DNA of 64,000 bases from positions 1 through 64,000 of the forward strand of contig JANMPT010000097.1 of NCBI GenBank assembly GCA_031370005.1, given 5' to 3'. The position numbers and the translations under genes are program-made. This document shows, piece after piece, positions 1 through 9,010 of the stretch; positions within the stretch are counted from its first letter, which is position 1; each line of letters opens with the position of its first letter. The notes under the pieces are model-generated. The model did no database searches and was not told where the DNA came from. It was given only the letters and a program-made list of their open reading frames with translations. Source of the DNA: Bdellovibrionales bacterium (GTDB lineage Bacteria > Bdellovibrionota > Bdellovibrionia > Bdellovibrionales > Bdellovibrionaceae).

Positions 1-1
1 G

Positions 2-160
2 CTTAATCAACGCTGTGCAAAGCTACGAGCTGATATTCGGCGGCTAACGCGTCGGTCTTGGTGTACGACCAAGCTTAAGGAGAATTTGCAGAAGCACCTT
101 GAGCTTTATTGTTTTTACAACAATCAAGGAGCGAGCCAAGCTCTGAGTTATATTCCATAG
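2..160 (+). mobile_element. 3' end of IS1-like DDE transposase ORF (truncated by window start)
   Basis: Frame 2 is open from the window edge: LNQRCAKLRADIRRLTRRSWCTTKLKENLQKHLELYCFYNNQGASQALSYIP*. This resembles the C-terminal RLxRR(T/S)xCx(S/T)K...L..Y...N motif of IS1-family (InsB-like) transposases. Not in the ORF track. Confidence 0.6.
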
Positions 161-351
161 GGGTTCTCCTTCGCGCCGTAGTGAGGCTTTCTTCAGGATA
201 CTTTTGATAAACCTGCTAATCAAAAGTCACCAACGAGCCCAAGAACTCCGAGAAGCTACAACACGGAGCGAGGCTGTAGTGGTGGGGAGAACACAATCAC
301 AACTTAGTGAGCCAGTTTCTAAATTAGAAATGTTTTTGGGGCTTCGGAATT

Positions 352-376
352 AAAAAAGCCCCTTTCCAGGGGCTTT
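352..376 (-). terminator. Intrinsic terminator of mscS-ttcA
   Basis: AAAGCCCCT-TTCC-AGGGGCTTT hairpin with an A6 run on its left (U-tract on the minus strand), about 35 nt past the ttcA stop. Confidence 0.8.
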
Positions 377-411
377 GGGTACAATCATCTGGGGCAGTTT
401 CTAGGGATTAG

Positions 412-1203
412 CTATTGCACGGGTGGTTTGTAGTGTTCAAAATCCCATAGTTTTTGATCCAGCAGCTGACTGGGGTTGATGTTACTTAATGCAGTCATAA
501 TCGAGGAGGCGATATTTGGAATATCCTTTTCAAGGTCTTGAATGAGCCTTTTCATTTTTTTTCGCTTTAAAGTCTCTTGGGAGCCGCAGAGATTACAAGG
601 GATGATTGGGAGGCTCCAATCCAGTGCTAGCTGTTTAAGATCATCCTCTGCCACATAAGCCAGGGGTCGAATTACAATATTTCGACCATCATCTGACCTT
701 AGCTTCGGTGACATAGTGCCCATTTGGCCAATATAAAACATATTCAATAAAGTCGTTTCGATTAGATCATTGCGATGATGACCCAGGGCAATTTTTGTAA
801 AAGCATTAGCATAGGCAAAATCATAGAGAATAGCCCTGCGAAATTTTGCACATAGAGTGCAATAGATAGATCCTTCCGGTGTTTTCTCTTTCACGATACT
901 ATAGGTGTCTCTTTCAAGAATATGAAGTTTAATATTCAAAGACTCAATCCACGCCTTAAAAGCACGGATATCGAAGCCAGGTTGTTTTTGATCCAGGATC
1001 ATGGCTTCAACGGTGAACTTTCTTTCAGAACGTTTGCGAATTTCATCTAGCAAAGCCACAAGAATGCTGGAATCTTTACCACCAGAAACGGCTACGGCAA
1101 TTTTATCACCATCTTTGATCATATCAAAATCGTTCAGCGCTTGAACAATTTGTTTGCGGACTTTAGCTGCTAGTGGATTTTTATAATTTATGGATTTATG
1201 CAT
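412..1203 (-). CDS. ttcA: tRNA 2-thiocytidine(32) synthetase TtcA
   Basis: PP-loop SGGKDS, CTLC and CNLC motifs, LGHHRND, IRPL. Confidence 0.95.
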   Translation of the reverse strand: MHKSINYKNPLAAKVRKQIVQALNDFDMIKDGDKIAVAVSGGKDSSILVALLDEIRKRSERKFTVEAMILDQKQPGFDIRAFKAWIESLNIKLHILERDTYSIVKEKTPEGSIYCTLCAKFRRAILYDFAYANAFTKIALGHHRNDLIETTLLNMFYIGQMGTMSPKLRSDDGRNIVIRPLAYVAEDDLKQLALDWSLPIIPCNLCGSQETLKRKKMKRLIQDLEKDIPNIASSIMTALSNINPSQLLDQKLWDFEHYKPPVQ

Positions 1204-1205
1204 TA

Positions 1206-2243
1206 TTAAGCTCTCGGGTAAATTTCAATTACGTTACGGGCGAGTTCTATACCATGAGCCTTCAAGGCATCAATCCCTTTTCTCATCACTTTGTCACCAA
1301 TGGTGAACTGACCACCAAAATTGTCTATGAAATAGATTACCTTCACTCCTATCCAACTTTCGGTAGTCTCTTGGACATAAGCAAAGGGGATTGGAAGGCC
1401 GCGAATATCTGAAATTTCTACAACAGCTCGTTCTAAAACCTCCTTGGCTTTTTCAAGGTCGCAGCCATAGGGCAGTCGGAAGATTTGACTGCGAACAATT
1501 GGATTGCCTTCTGGAGAAAAGTTAGAGATCTGAGCATTAGCCATAGTACGATTAGGAAGGGTAATTTCTTCGTCAGAAAAGCCTATAAGAATGGTTGATC
1601 TCCAGCTAATTTCTTTAACCTGACCGGTGGCTTTTTGAATGCCCTGCACGACTTCAAGCCAGTCGCCTATTTCATAGGATTTATCAATCTGCAAAGAGAT
1701 GCCTGCAAAGAGATTTCCTAAAGTGTCCTGAAGCGCAAGCCCTAGAACGATAGAAAAGGCCGCAGAAGTGGCGAGCAGTGGTCCCAAATCTAAACCGAAA
1801 ATTTGAGATAAAGTCCATACGATTAAAACAATAGAAAGCAATAAAGAGAATATATTTACCAAGAGTAGGGGGACTCCTGCACGCATAGATCCCAGGAATA
1901 AATACTGAAGTACGAGTAAACGACAGGTTTTTACAAAAACAATGGAGCCCCAAGCAAAAGTCATTAAGGCGATATAAGGAGTGATGCGCGCGAAGTTCGC
2001 AAGATCACCGCCTGTGATAGCATGGAGGAACATATAAGTAATAAATAAAATTGTGAAAATAAAAAAATGACGAATCAAGGCTTGGAATTGTAGCCGAATA
2101 CTAAGGTGCCGTTCCGTTGAGGCTGCCTGCAAAAAAAACTTATAAAAAATCCAAGTTATCGCCAGCAAACAACCTAATAAAACAAATGGTTCCCAGTCGA
2201 TAAGACTATACAAAACTTGGGTTTTTAAAATTTTTTCGTTCAT
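1206..2243 (-). CDS. Small-conductance mechanosensitive channel (MscS family)
   Basis: Multiple TM helices followed by LGLALQDTLGNLFAGISL, IGDWLEV, GQVKEISWRST, LPN. Confidence 0.92.
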   Translation of the reverse strand: MNEKILKTQVLYSLIDWEPFVLLGCLLAITWIFYKFFLQAASTERHLSIRLQFQALIRHFFIFTILFITYMFLHAITGGDLANFARITPYIALMTFAWGSIVFVKTCRLLVLQYLFLGSMRAGVPLLLVNIFSLLLSIVLIVWTLSQIFGLDLGPLLATSAAFSIVLGLALQDTLGNLFAGISLQIDKSYEIGDWLEVVQGIQKATGQVKEISWRSTILIGFSDEEITLPNRTMANAQISNFSPEGNPIVRSQIFRLPYGCDLEKAKEVLERAVVEISDIRGLPIPFAYVQETTESWIGVKVIYFIDNFGGQFTIGDKVMRKGIDALKAHGIELARNVIEIYPRA

Positions 2244-2347
2244 ATGTATCAGTAAAGGCTTAATTACAGGCTTTAGTCAAGTCGACTCCGGACCAGTTTT
2301 AAAGTTCTGGATCAGTGGATATTTAAATTATTAGTGAAAATAATAAT

Positions 2348-3820
2348 ATGAAGAGAAATTCACCTTCACTCTTAGTTTTGGCTTTTAGTTTCTTAATACT
2401 TTCCTCCTGTGCCCCCAAAAACTTTGAAGCCATTCAGCAAATGGCTTCAGATACGACAAGTGCTATTGGTTGTGTCAATTATGAAAGTAAAATATGGGAT
2501 GCCGTTAATCGCTATCTGATTGAGCAGAAATCAATGCCTGTGGCTGCGGATTTCAAAGATCACCTGCGACTTTCTTTGAAGGGTCTGAAAGTGGCTACAG
2601 AAACTTTGACCACGGAGAATTTAAATGTTCTCGAAAATGACATTAACGAACTTTATGAAATTTTTTTAACAGAAGCTCCGCAGCTAGAAAAACTAAATGA
2701 CGCCAAAGGTCTTTTGACTCTTTTATCATCACTTGAATTGGGTGATCACACGACTGATATTAAAATTAAGCTACAAAACAAAATTCAAACTCAATTTGCT
2801 AAAATTCAAAAACAAGTTGCTGCCATGGATGTTCAGTGTTCGACGCCGGAGGTGCCAATCCCTGTGGAACCAGAACTTACTAAGAGTTCATTGCCTTTAC
2901 CAGTTTATGGAATGCGCTTTACTTTTGCCACCGCATACCAGACTTGCCAGGCACTTGATGAGCCAATCATGACTCAAAGCACTCCTGATATAGCTAGCGA
3001 CGCGATTACCATTATAGGTAAACATTCTGATGGAGTCGGTAGTAAGCGTATTATCAGCAGTATCACGTCACTTTTACATAGCCATCCGTACTATAAAAAT
3101 GTCAATGGCTATGGACGTGGCTGTTTGAACGCGAGCGCTTATCCAATGATTTATGATTATGGTGGGAAGCCTTATGCGACCACAAGTTCAAGCTCAACTT
3201 TAGATTTATTTAAGGACTCCGGTGACGGGACAAACGTATTAGGGACGGATTGTTCGGGATTTATTTATACTGGACTAGCCACGGCGGGCCTTCGTTTAAG
3301 CCCGGGTAAAAGTATCAAAGCCTCGGGCGTAAATGGTATCAATTCTTTGATGTATGTAGAGCCAGAAAAAAATGGTTTAAGCTGTCTTGCAAAGATCACT
3401 TTGACTTCAAAATCTGATCTTAAGGCAGGGGATATTGTAGCCGTACCTGGACATGTGATCATGATTGATTCCGTCGGCAACGATCCTTTTGGCCTTAATG
3501 GAATTAAAACCGCTGATGCATGCGAGAGGCTTGAACCTAAGGACTTTGATTTTGTAATTATTCAGAGTAGTCCAAGTAAGAACGCAACCGGCATGAATCG
3601 TTATCAAGCAAAAGACTATCTCTATGAGAGCGATAAAATGCGCGCGGGCCTAACTCAGTATGCCTATTATGCCTGTCTTGCTCGACTGAATAACAAGGAC
3701 TATACCCCGAATTTAGGAACACTCTCCGTGATTCGGCATAAGCTGACGCCAGACTGCATGGGAACGCGTATCAAATTGGCACAAGAGTCTTGCATCCAAA
3801 GTTGCACCCAATTGAAGTAA
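2348..3820 (+). CDS. Lipoprotein with C-terminal NlpC/P60-like cysteine hydrolase domain
   Basis: Lipobox LSSC; YDYGGK...GTDCSGF...GDIVAVPGHVIMI matches the NlpC/P60 Cys-His pattern. Confidence 0.65.
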   Translation: MKRNSPSLLVLAFSFLILSSCAPKNFEAIQQMASDTTSAIGCVNYESKIWDAVNRYLIEQKSMPVAADFKDHLRLSLKGLKVATETLTTENLNVLENDINELYEIFLTEAPQLEKLNDAKGLLTLLSSLELGDHTTDIKIKLQNKIQTQFAKIQKQVAAMDVQCSTPEVPIPVEPELTKSSLPLPVYGMRFTFATAYQTCQALDEPIMTQSTPDIASDAITIIGKHSDGVGSKRIISSITSLLHSHPYYKNVNGYGRGCLNASAYPMIYDYGGKPYATTSSSSTLDLFKDSGDGTNVLGTDCSGFIYTGLATAGLRLSPGKSIKASGVNGINSLMYVEPEKNGLSCLAKITLTSKSDLKAGDIVAVPGHVIMIDSVGNDPFGLNGIKTADACERLEPKDFDFVIIQSSPSKNATGMNRYQAKDYLYESDKMRAGLTQYAYYACLARLNNKDYTPNLGTLSVIRHKLTPDCMGTRIKLAQESCIQSCTQLK

Positions 3821-3916
3821 TATTGAGCAATATTAAAGCGAAGATAAGGCTTAGACCATAGCCTAGGGGGCTTTCTTTTATCAGCGGTCTCAATTAACAT
3901 GTGTTGTGGGGGAACT

Positions 3917-4669
3917 ATGTCTCAAGAGCAATCATCAGATTTGAAGCAACCAATTGGTATCTATATCTTAGCTCTGCTTTTTATGTTGGCCCCGCTTGGA
4001 AATATTATCATTAGTTTTGCAGGAAGTGGTGTGGCTAACTGGTATCACCCAAAGGAATTCATTGAATTGGTAAAAACAATTCCAGTGGTAGACTGGCTTT
4101 GGCTTACAGGTATTTTTATTGCAGGGGTATCCCTTCTTAAGGTGCACAAATCAGCATGGTTGATTGCGGTCATTGTACTTTTGGTTGTGCTAGCAGTTAA
4201 TACATATCGTGTCTTTTCGATTGATGAGACTATTTTGAATCCTGAATTCGTTCGTGTGCAAATTTTAATTTCAATCTTGGTAACGTTCTCGGTTTTGATT
4301 ATTGCCTTTTATGCGCGCTATCCTTATTTAGATCGTCGTCAACAATGGGTGTTCCCAACAGCTCATAGATATGATGTAAGGTCGCCAGTGATTGTTCATA
4401 CGGGTGGAGATCTTGCGGGCTTGACAGAATCAATTTCTACTGCGGGTATTCGTATTCGACTTGCAAAAAAAACAGAATTACTAAAAGGCAAAACTCAGGT
4501 AGAGTTCACCTTTTCAGAACTATCTGGACTTAACTCTATCAATGCAGAAGTGATCGAATTCGATGGAGATCTTCTAAGGTTGAAATATAAAAGTTTTAAT
4601 TGGGGTGCTCGTGGTGTTCTCGAGGCTTGGCTTAAGTCAAAAAGTATAAAATCTGAGAAACCGACCTAG
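3917..4669 (+). CDS. 4-TM membrane protein with C-terminal PilZ-like domain
   Basis: Four hydrophobic helices, then AHRYDV and SISTAGIRI (degenerate RxxxR and D/NxSxxG). Start moved to ATG 3917 after the GGGGGA RBS. Confidence 0.65.
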   Translation: MSQEQSSDLKQPIGIYILALLFMLAPLGNIIISFAGSGVANWYHPKEFIELVKTIPVVDWLWLTGIFIAGVSLLKVHKSAWLIAVIVLLVVLAVNTYRVFSIDETILNPEFVRVQILISILVTFSVLIIAFYARYPYLDRRQQWVFPTAHRYDVRSPVIVHTGGDLAGLTESISTAGIRIRLAKKTELLKGKTQVEFTFSELSGLNSINAEVIEFDGDLLRLKYKSFNWGARGVLEAWLKSKSIKSEKPT

Positions 4670-4694
4670 AATCATAATAAAAAGAGGTTATGGC

Positions 4695-6575
4695 ATGGGG
4701 TACATTAATAATTTATTTTTATTTGCAAAAAAAACGGCTGTTTCTATTGCTGTTTTTACAATGGTAATTTCCCCAATCGCGCAAGGCGCTAAAGCAAAAG
4801 GACAAGTCAGTACTGCGGGTTATAATTACAATGTGAATAAAAAATCCATTCAAGAATTTTTAAAATACTCAGGTCTTAGCAAAAAACATCTGACTGTTGG
4901 TGAGTTTCACGCAAAAATGCGTCCATTTTATCCTAAAACTTTGCGTGGCGAGATGGATCAATGGGTTCAGATGAATCGAAATGAAATTATGCCAGAGGTT
5001 GAGGCTTCGACGTACAAAGATAGCGAGGGAAAAGAGCGTGTTCGACTATTAATAGCAAATGAAGGTCAGACAGTCACGGTCTCTTATAATCCTGATAGCA
5101 ACGCAAAATTTGTCAAAGTAAACAACGTCACTTTGACAAAAGATGATATGAAGTTTCACGAGCAAGCGATTCGCAAAATCATTTTGGGTGATAAAGGGAT
5201 TCAGGCGACGGTAACAAGGGCTCCCGAGGTGGGGCGTCTTAATAAGTCAGTGGCCTTAGGCTATGAAGAGTTCAATCGTTTAAATCCAAGACAAAGAGCA
5301 GAGTATTTAGTGCGTCTTCGTTACGTAATGGAAGATGCAGAACAAGTTCTAGAAAAATACTATGGACCTCAGTCGCGCAATGAAGTAAATCATGATTTCT
5401 TCGTCCAGTGGCTGTTTTTGGGTGAAGAGGCTGTAGCAAAAGGGACCAAGGAAATTCGTGCGGCAAAACCAGGTGATCCATGCATTGTTAGCGGTTATCT
5501 AGCAGTATATGGTAATGACTATTCCTGTGGTGGTACTGGGCCAGGACGCGCAAAATTAATTGAAGAGATGAATAAATATGGTGGTGGAAGATGCACGAAC
5601 GGTACGGTTTCATGTAATCCACTAGTCTATGGTTACCAGTCCAGTGGTTTTGCAATCTGTGTTAAAAATGGTAGAAATCAAGAAATTCAGAACTCAACCT
5701 CTCAGAGCTGTCCAAAACAGTCGCCTCTTCGTAAAGGAACTGTAGACGAAGCTAAAGATAAAAAAGCAATCATTGAGTCTTATCTGAAGGCCAATGGAAC
5801 AACTGATGCAGAAAAAAATATAAATTTGTTTTTTAATAAAGATGGAAAAATCTCTAAAGCTCAATATGATCTCATTAAAGAACACCTAGACAAGCTTAAT
5901 GAGTATGTAGAAGCTGCATCTAGAGCTTGCGCTGTCGAACCTTTAAGTGGCATTCGTAAGGTGCGTGATGAGCAGGCATCTGCATGTAGGGCCCTCGCAA
6001 CACGTAAGATAGAAGTCTTAAGTTATCCAGAGACACCTGTTCTTCCAATTATCACGCCTCCAGGCGATAAGGATTGTTCGGTTGAGAAGCCAAATTCAAC
6101 TCTTGAAAATGGGAATTGTGTATGTCGCGTAGGCGATGTTGCTGGGACGATTTCCGAAAACGAAAAAGAACGCCCTGCCTGCGTTCCTGCAGAACCTATT
6201 GTTGGTGGTGATACTAAAGTAGAATGCAACAAAGATGAGAAGCGAGATGATAAGACTGGTGAATGCAGAAAAACTGCAGCTGCTGGATGTACATGGTGTA
6301 AATGGTTGATTGGCGGCGCTGTCTTTGCGGCAGTTGTAGGCGCTGTTCTTTGGATCACTAAGGATGATAAGAAGAATAATACCATAACAACACCAGATCC
6401 ATGCCCTCCCGCACCGTTGATCTGCTTACCAAAGGTAGTCTCTCCTACGCCAACGGTGACACCACCTCCGATTCAGCCTTTACCGATTTCGAATCCGATT
6501 CCTGCCCCAGTAGTAACTCCAATCATTGAGTCTACAACTGGGACGTCTTCATCCACCTCAAGTGGCGTGAGGTAG
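4695..6575 (+). CDS. Secreted Cys-rich membrane-anchored protein with Pro/Thr-rich tail, function unknown
   Basis: Signal peptide, many paired Cys, single TM (WLIGGAVFAAVVGAVLWI), P/T/S-rich C-terminus, AGAGG RBS. Confidence 0.8.
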   Translation: MGYINNLFLFAKKTAVSIAVFTMVISPIAQGAKAKGQVSTAGYNYNVNKKSIQEFLKYSGLSKKHLTVGEFHAKMRPFYPKTLRGEMDQWVQMNRNEIMPEVEASTYKDSEGKERVRLLIANEGQTVTVSYNPDSNAKFVKVNNVTLTKDDMKFHEQAIRKIILGDKGIQATVTRAPEVGRLNKSVALGYEEFNRLNPRQRAEYLVRLRYVMEDAEQVLEKYYGPQSRNEVNHDFFVQWLFLGEEAVAKGTKEIRAAKPGDPCIVSGYLAVYGNDYSCGGTGPGRAKLIEEMNKYGGGRCTNGTVSCNPLVYGYQSSGFAICVKNGRNQEIQNSTSQSCPKQSPLRKGTVDEAKDKKAIIESYLKANGTTDAEKNINLFFNKDGKISKAQYDLIKEHLDKLNEYVEAASRACAVEPLSGIRKVRDEQASACRALATRKIEVLSYPETPVLPIITPPGDKDCSVEKPNSTLENGNCVCRVGDVAGTISENEKERPACVPAEPIVGGDTKVECNKDEKRDDKTGECRKTAAAGCTWCKWLIGGAVFAAVVGAVLWITKDDKKNNTITTPDPCPPAPLICLPKVVSPTPTVTPPPIQPLPISNPIPAPVVTPIIESTTGTSSSTSSGVR

Positions 6576-6606
6576 AAGAGGATAAAGCTCTTAGGAGGGT
6601 CTTTCC

Positions 6607-7164
6607 ATGTATAAAGAGAGAGTTAGACCAAACAGGTTGAGCCTTCCATTGGAAATTCCAAGGCCATCAGAGTCTTCAGACCCATTAAAAAATTTATTTA
6701 GAGATCGCCAAAACCTTCAATGGGAAACGGGGACGGGCTTTCATAGCGGTCCAACTGGCAAGAGAAAAGGCTATAAATTAACTTTGTGGTCTTTGGCGGC
6801 CTCGTCAATTGATGCTCTTCTGCTCGTGGCTATGAGTTGCATTTTCTTAATGGTTTTTGTGAAAATTATTAAAATACCAATTACCAAAGGACTTCTTGAG
6901 GACTTCGCTTTGATTTATGTGGTAGGGTCATGGATTTATATGATTACGACCAGATTTTTCATGGGATCCTCTATTGGCGAGGCCGCTTGTGACCTTCGTT
7001 TGGGAAGACCTCAAGAGCGTTTGTCAGCATGGTATTTCGTACGTGTTGTCTTTCGTGCGACACTGATTGTTATCACTGGTCTTGTAATATTACCTTTGCT
7101 TTCGCTGGTTTTCGGTCGAGATATTCCAGGGATGCTGAGCGGATTAAAACTTTTTCAAGAGTAA
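6607..7164 (+). CDS. RDD-family membrane protein
   Basis: LAASSIDALLL, TM helices, GSSIGEAACDLRL (RDD G.T.G...LR pattern); AGGAGG RBS. Confidence 0.65.
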   Translation: MYKERVRPNRLSLPLEIPRPSESSDPLKNLFRDRQNLQWETGTGFHSGPTGKRKGYKLTLWSLAASSIDALLLVAMSCIFLMVFVKIIKIPITKGLLEDFALIYVVGSWIYMITTRFFMGSSIGEAACDLRLGRPQERLSAWYFVRVVFRATLIVITGLVILPLLSLVFGRDIPGMLSGLKLFQE

Positions 7165-7178
7165 AAATCAAAAAATAT

Positions 7179-8312
7179 TTAACTAAGGCACCATAGACTC
7201 AACACTTCATAATGTAGCGTTTGCGGAAATTGATCGACGATATTTAGTTTTTGCAATTGATACCCAGCGGTCTGAAGGCGCTTGCCATCCAAAACAAAGC
7301 TTTCAGGGAAGCAGGACATATATAAAAAATATTTTGGCTTTTTTATATATGTAATAAGAGGAGTTAGGAATTCTTTTAAACCTGAGCGGGGAGGGTTCAC
7401 CAAAACTGTGTCAAAGACATCGAACTTTTGTGGATTGTGATTTTGAAAATCTCCATGTTGGATTTGAACACGTTCACGAATATTTTCAAAACCTTGAATC
7501 TGAGAAAGTTTTTCGAGACTTCTAGTAAATCCGTTAAGTGCACCGCAGTCAATTTCACAAACAGTGAGTTTTCTAAAACGTCCCATGGCTGGGAAACTTA
7601 AGTTTCCTATTCCTGATCCGAATTCCAAAATGTGCTGTGAGTTGGTTTCTAGAAGCCATTTACTAATAATTTTTATAAGTTCTCGATTGGCCCTGAAGCC
7701 TGTTTGAGTAAAGCTTCCAATGGAACAGAATAGGTCCACAGCTTGGGTGTCAATACTGCTTTGAAACCAAATTTGAGGCTCCGGATCTTTAAGTTTTAAA
7801 TTTCCGTTGATCAAGCTAAGAACTTTATTTTTTTGACCAATTTCCACTATAGCAGAGTTAAGAAGACCTAATAGGATCGTTTTTTCATTAAGTAGCATTT
7901 TTATATCGATATTGGCAAAGTCGAGCCAGATTCCTCTTTGTTTTTGTGGTCCTATACGAAGACGCAAAGAACCCTTTTGAATCGGCCATTGAATTTTACG
8001 AATCTCAGATAGCCAAGCTTGAAGTTCCGGTGTCAGTTGTTGACATTGCTCAATATCAAGAATTTGTCTTTTATTTTTTTCATAAAGGCCCAATGCACTG
8101 CTTGGGCCAATACGTTCAAAAATCAAATCAACTCGATCCCTCAGCCAAGCAGGGCCAGGACTTGTGATGTCTATTAAATTTTCATAATAAATTTGGGAAT
8201 CTTGAAGAAGCTTTTTCAGCGCATGGGCCTTGAGGTCATGCTGATCCTGAATGGATAGATCCAAATATTGGCAACCGGAGCATTTCTCTTTGTACTTACA
8301 ATCAATGAGCAT
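7179..8312 (-). CDS. RNA (uracil-C5)-methyltransferase, RlmC/RlmD (TrmA) family, no TRAM domain
   Basis: N-terminal Cx5Cx2C...C Fe-S motif, SFTQ, EFGSGIG, NPPRSG, YMSC, DQFPQTLHYE. Confidence 0.9.
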   Translation of the reverse strand: MLIDCKYKEKCSGCQYLDLSIQDQHDLKAHALKKLLQDSQIYYENLIDITSPGPAWLRDRVDLIFERIGPSSALGLYEKNKRQILDIEQCQQLTPELQAWLSEIRKIQWPIQKGSLRLRIGPQKQRGIWLDFANIDIKMLLNEKTILLGLLNSAIVEIGQKNKVLSLINGNLKLKDPEPQIWFQSSIDTQAVDLFCSIGSFTQTGFRANRELIKIISKWLLETNSQHILEFGSGIGNLSFPAMGRFRKLTVCEIDCGALNGFTRSLEKLSQIQGFENIRERVQIQHGDFQNHNPQKFDVFDTVLVNPPRSGLKEFLTPLITYIKKPKYFLYMSCFPESFVLDGKRLQTAGYQLQKLNIVDQFPQTLHYEVLSLWCLS

Positions 8313-8330
8313 CTTTAATAGATATACCAG

Positions 8331-8939
8331 CTATTGATTGAACTGATACAAGCATTTGGTTTTATTTTTAATAACACCGTCTTCATAATATAAATCGCGG
8401 ACGGTGAATCCTAAGGTTATATGGGGAAAGAATTTTTCAGGAACAAAGTCCTGAGGTTTTCCGCCATTTTTCACATAGGCCTCTTTGATTTGCTCTCGCA
8501 GATTGAGCAAAGCAGGACTTTCCACTACTACAAAATAAGTTTTTTCTAATTTATCGTGCAACATTTTTTCTCCCTTTCCAATACAGATCGGAGTGAAGGC
8601 TGCTGCTTGAATTTTTGCATTTTCCGCAATTTTATGGATTTCAGAGATATGAAGATGTTTTTTTAGTACATTGTCGTATTCAACCGGAGTGACTACTGTG
8701 ATATGGGCCTCCCTGCGGTTTATAAGCACAATCCCCTCAGTCTTTTGTATTTGTTCATAGAGTATTTTGTATGGAGCATAGGGAAGATTCATTGATAGAT
8801 AAGCTTTCATGGGCTTTTCTTCGATGTGAGGGATCAACTCAACTCTTTCAGTGATAGCTGGTGCGTTAAACATTTTAGTCACACAGCCGGGGAGTATAAG
8901 CAGCCCAACAATTAGGGGATGAAAAAGTATTTTTTTCAG
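8331..8939 (-). CDS. 2H phosphoesterase-family lipoprotein (probable CTG start)
   Basis: Two HxT motifs (AHITV, PHITLG). The frame extends 19 codons upstream of the track start to CTG 8939, which lies 7 nt after AAGGAG and gives the signal peptide KKILFHPLIVGLLILPGC. Confidence 0.8.
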   Translation of the reverse strand: MKKILFHPLIVGLLILPGCVTKMFNAPAITERVELIPHIEEKPMKAYLSMNLPYAPYKILYEQIQKTEGIVLINRREAHITVVTPVEYDNVLKKHLHISEIHKIAENAKIQAAAFTPICIGKGEKMLHDKLEKTYFVVVESPALLNLREQIKEAYVKNGGKPQDFVPEKFFPHITLGFTVRDLYYEDGVIKNKTKCLYQFNQ

Positions 8940-9010
8940 GGGAGAGCTCCTTCATATTCTTGACCCTATGATACTCCCTGAAATAGCCTCTAACAACCAG
9001 GAAAAATACT

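Noticed and set aside
1..330. tmRNA, RNase P or 6S RNA at the window start
   Set aside because: No tRNA-like ends, no tag ending in AA*, and no RNase P conserved motifs; the first 160 nt read as transposase coding sequence.
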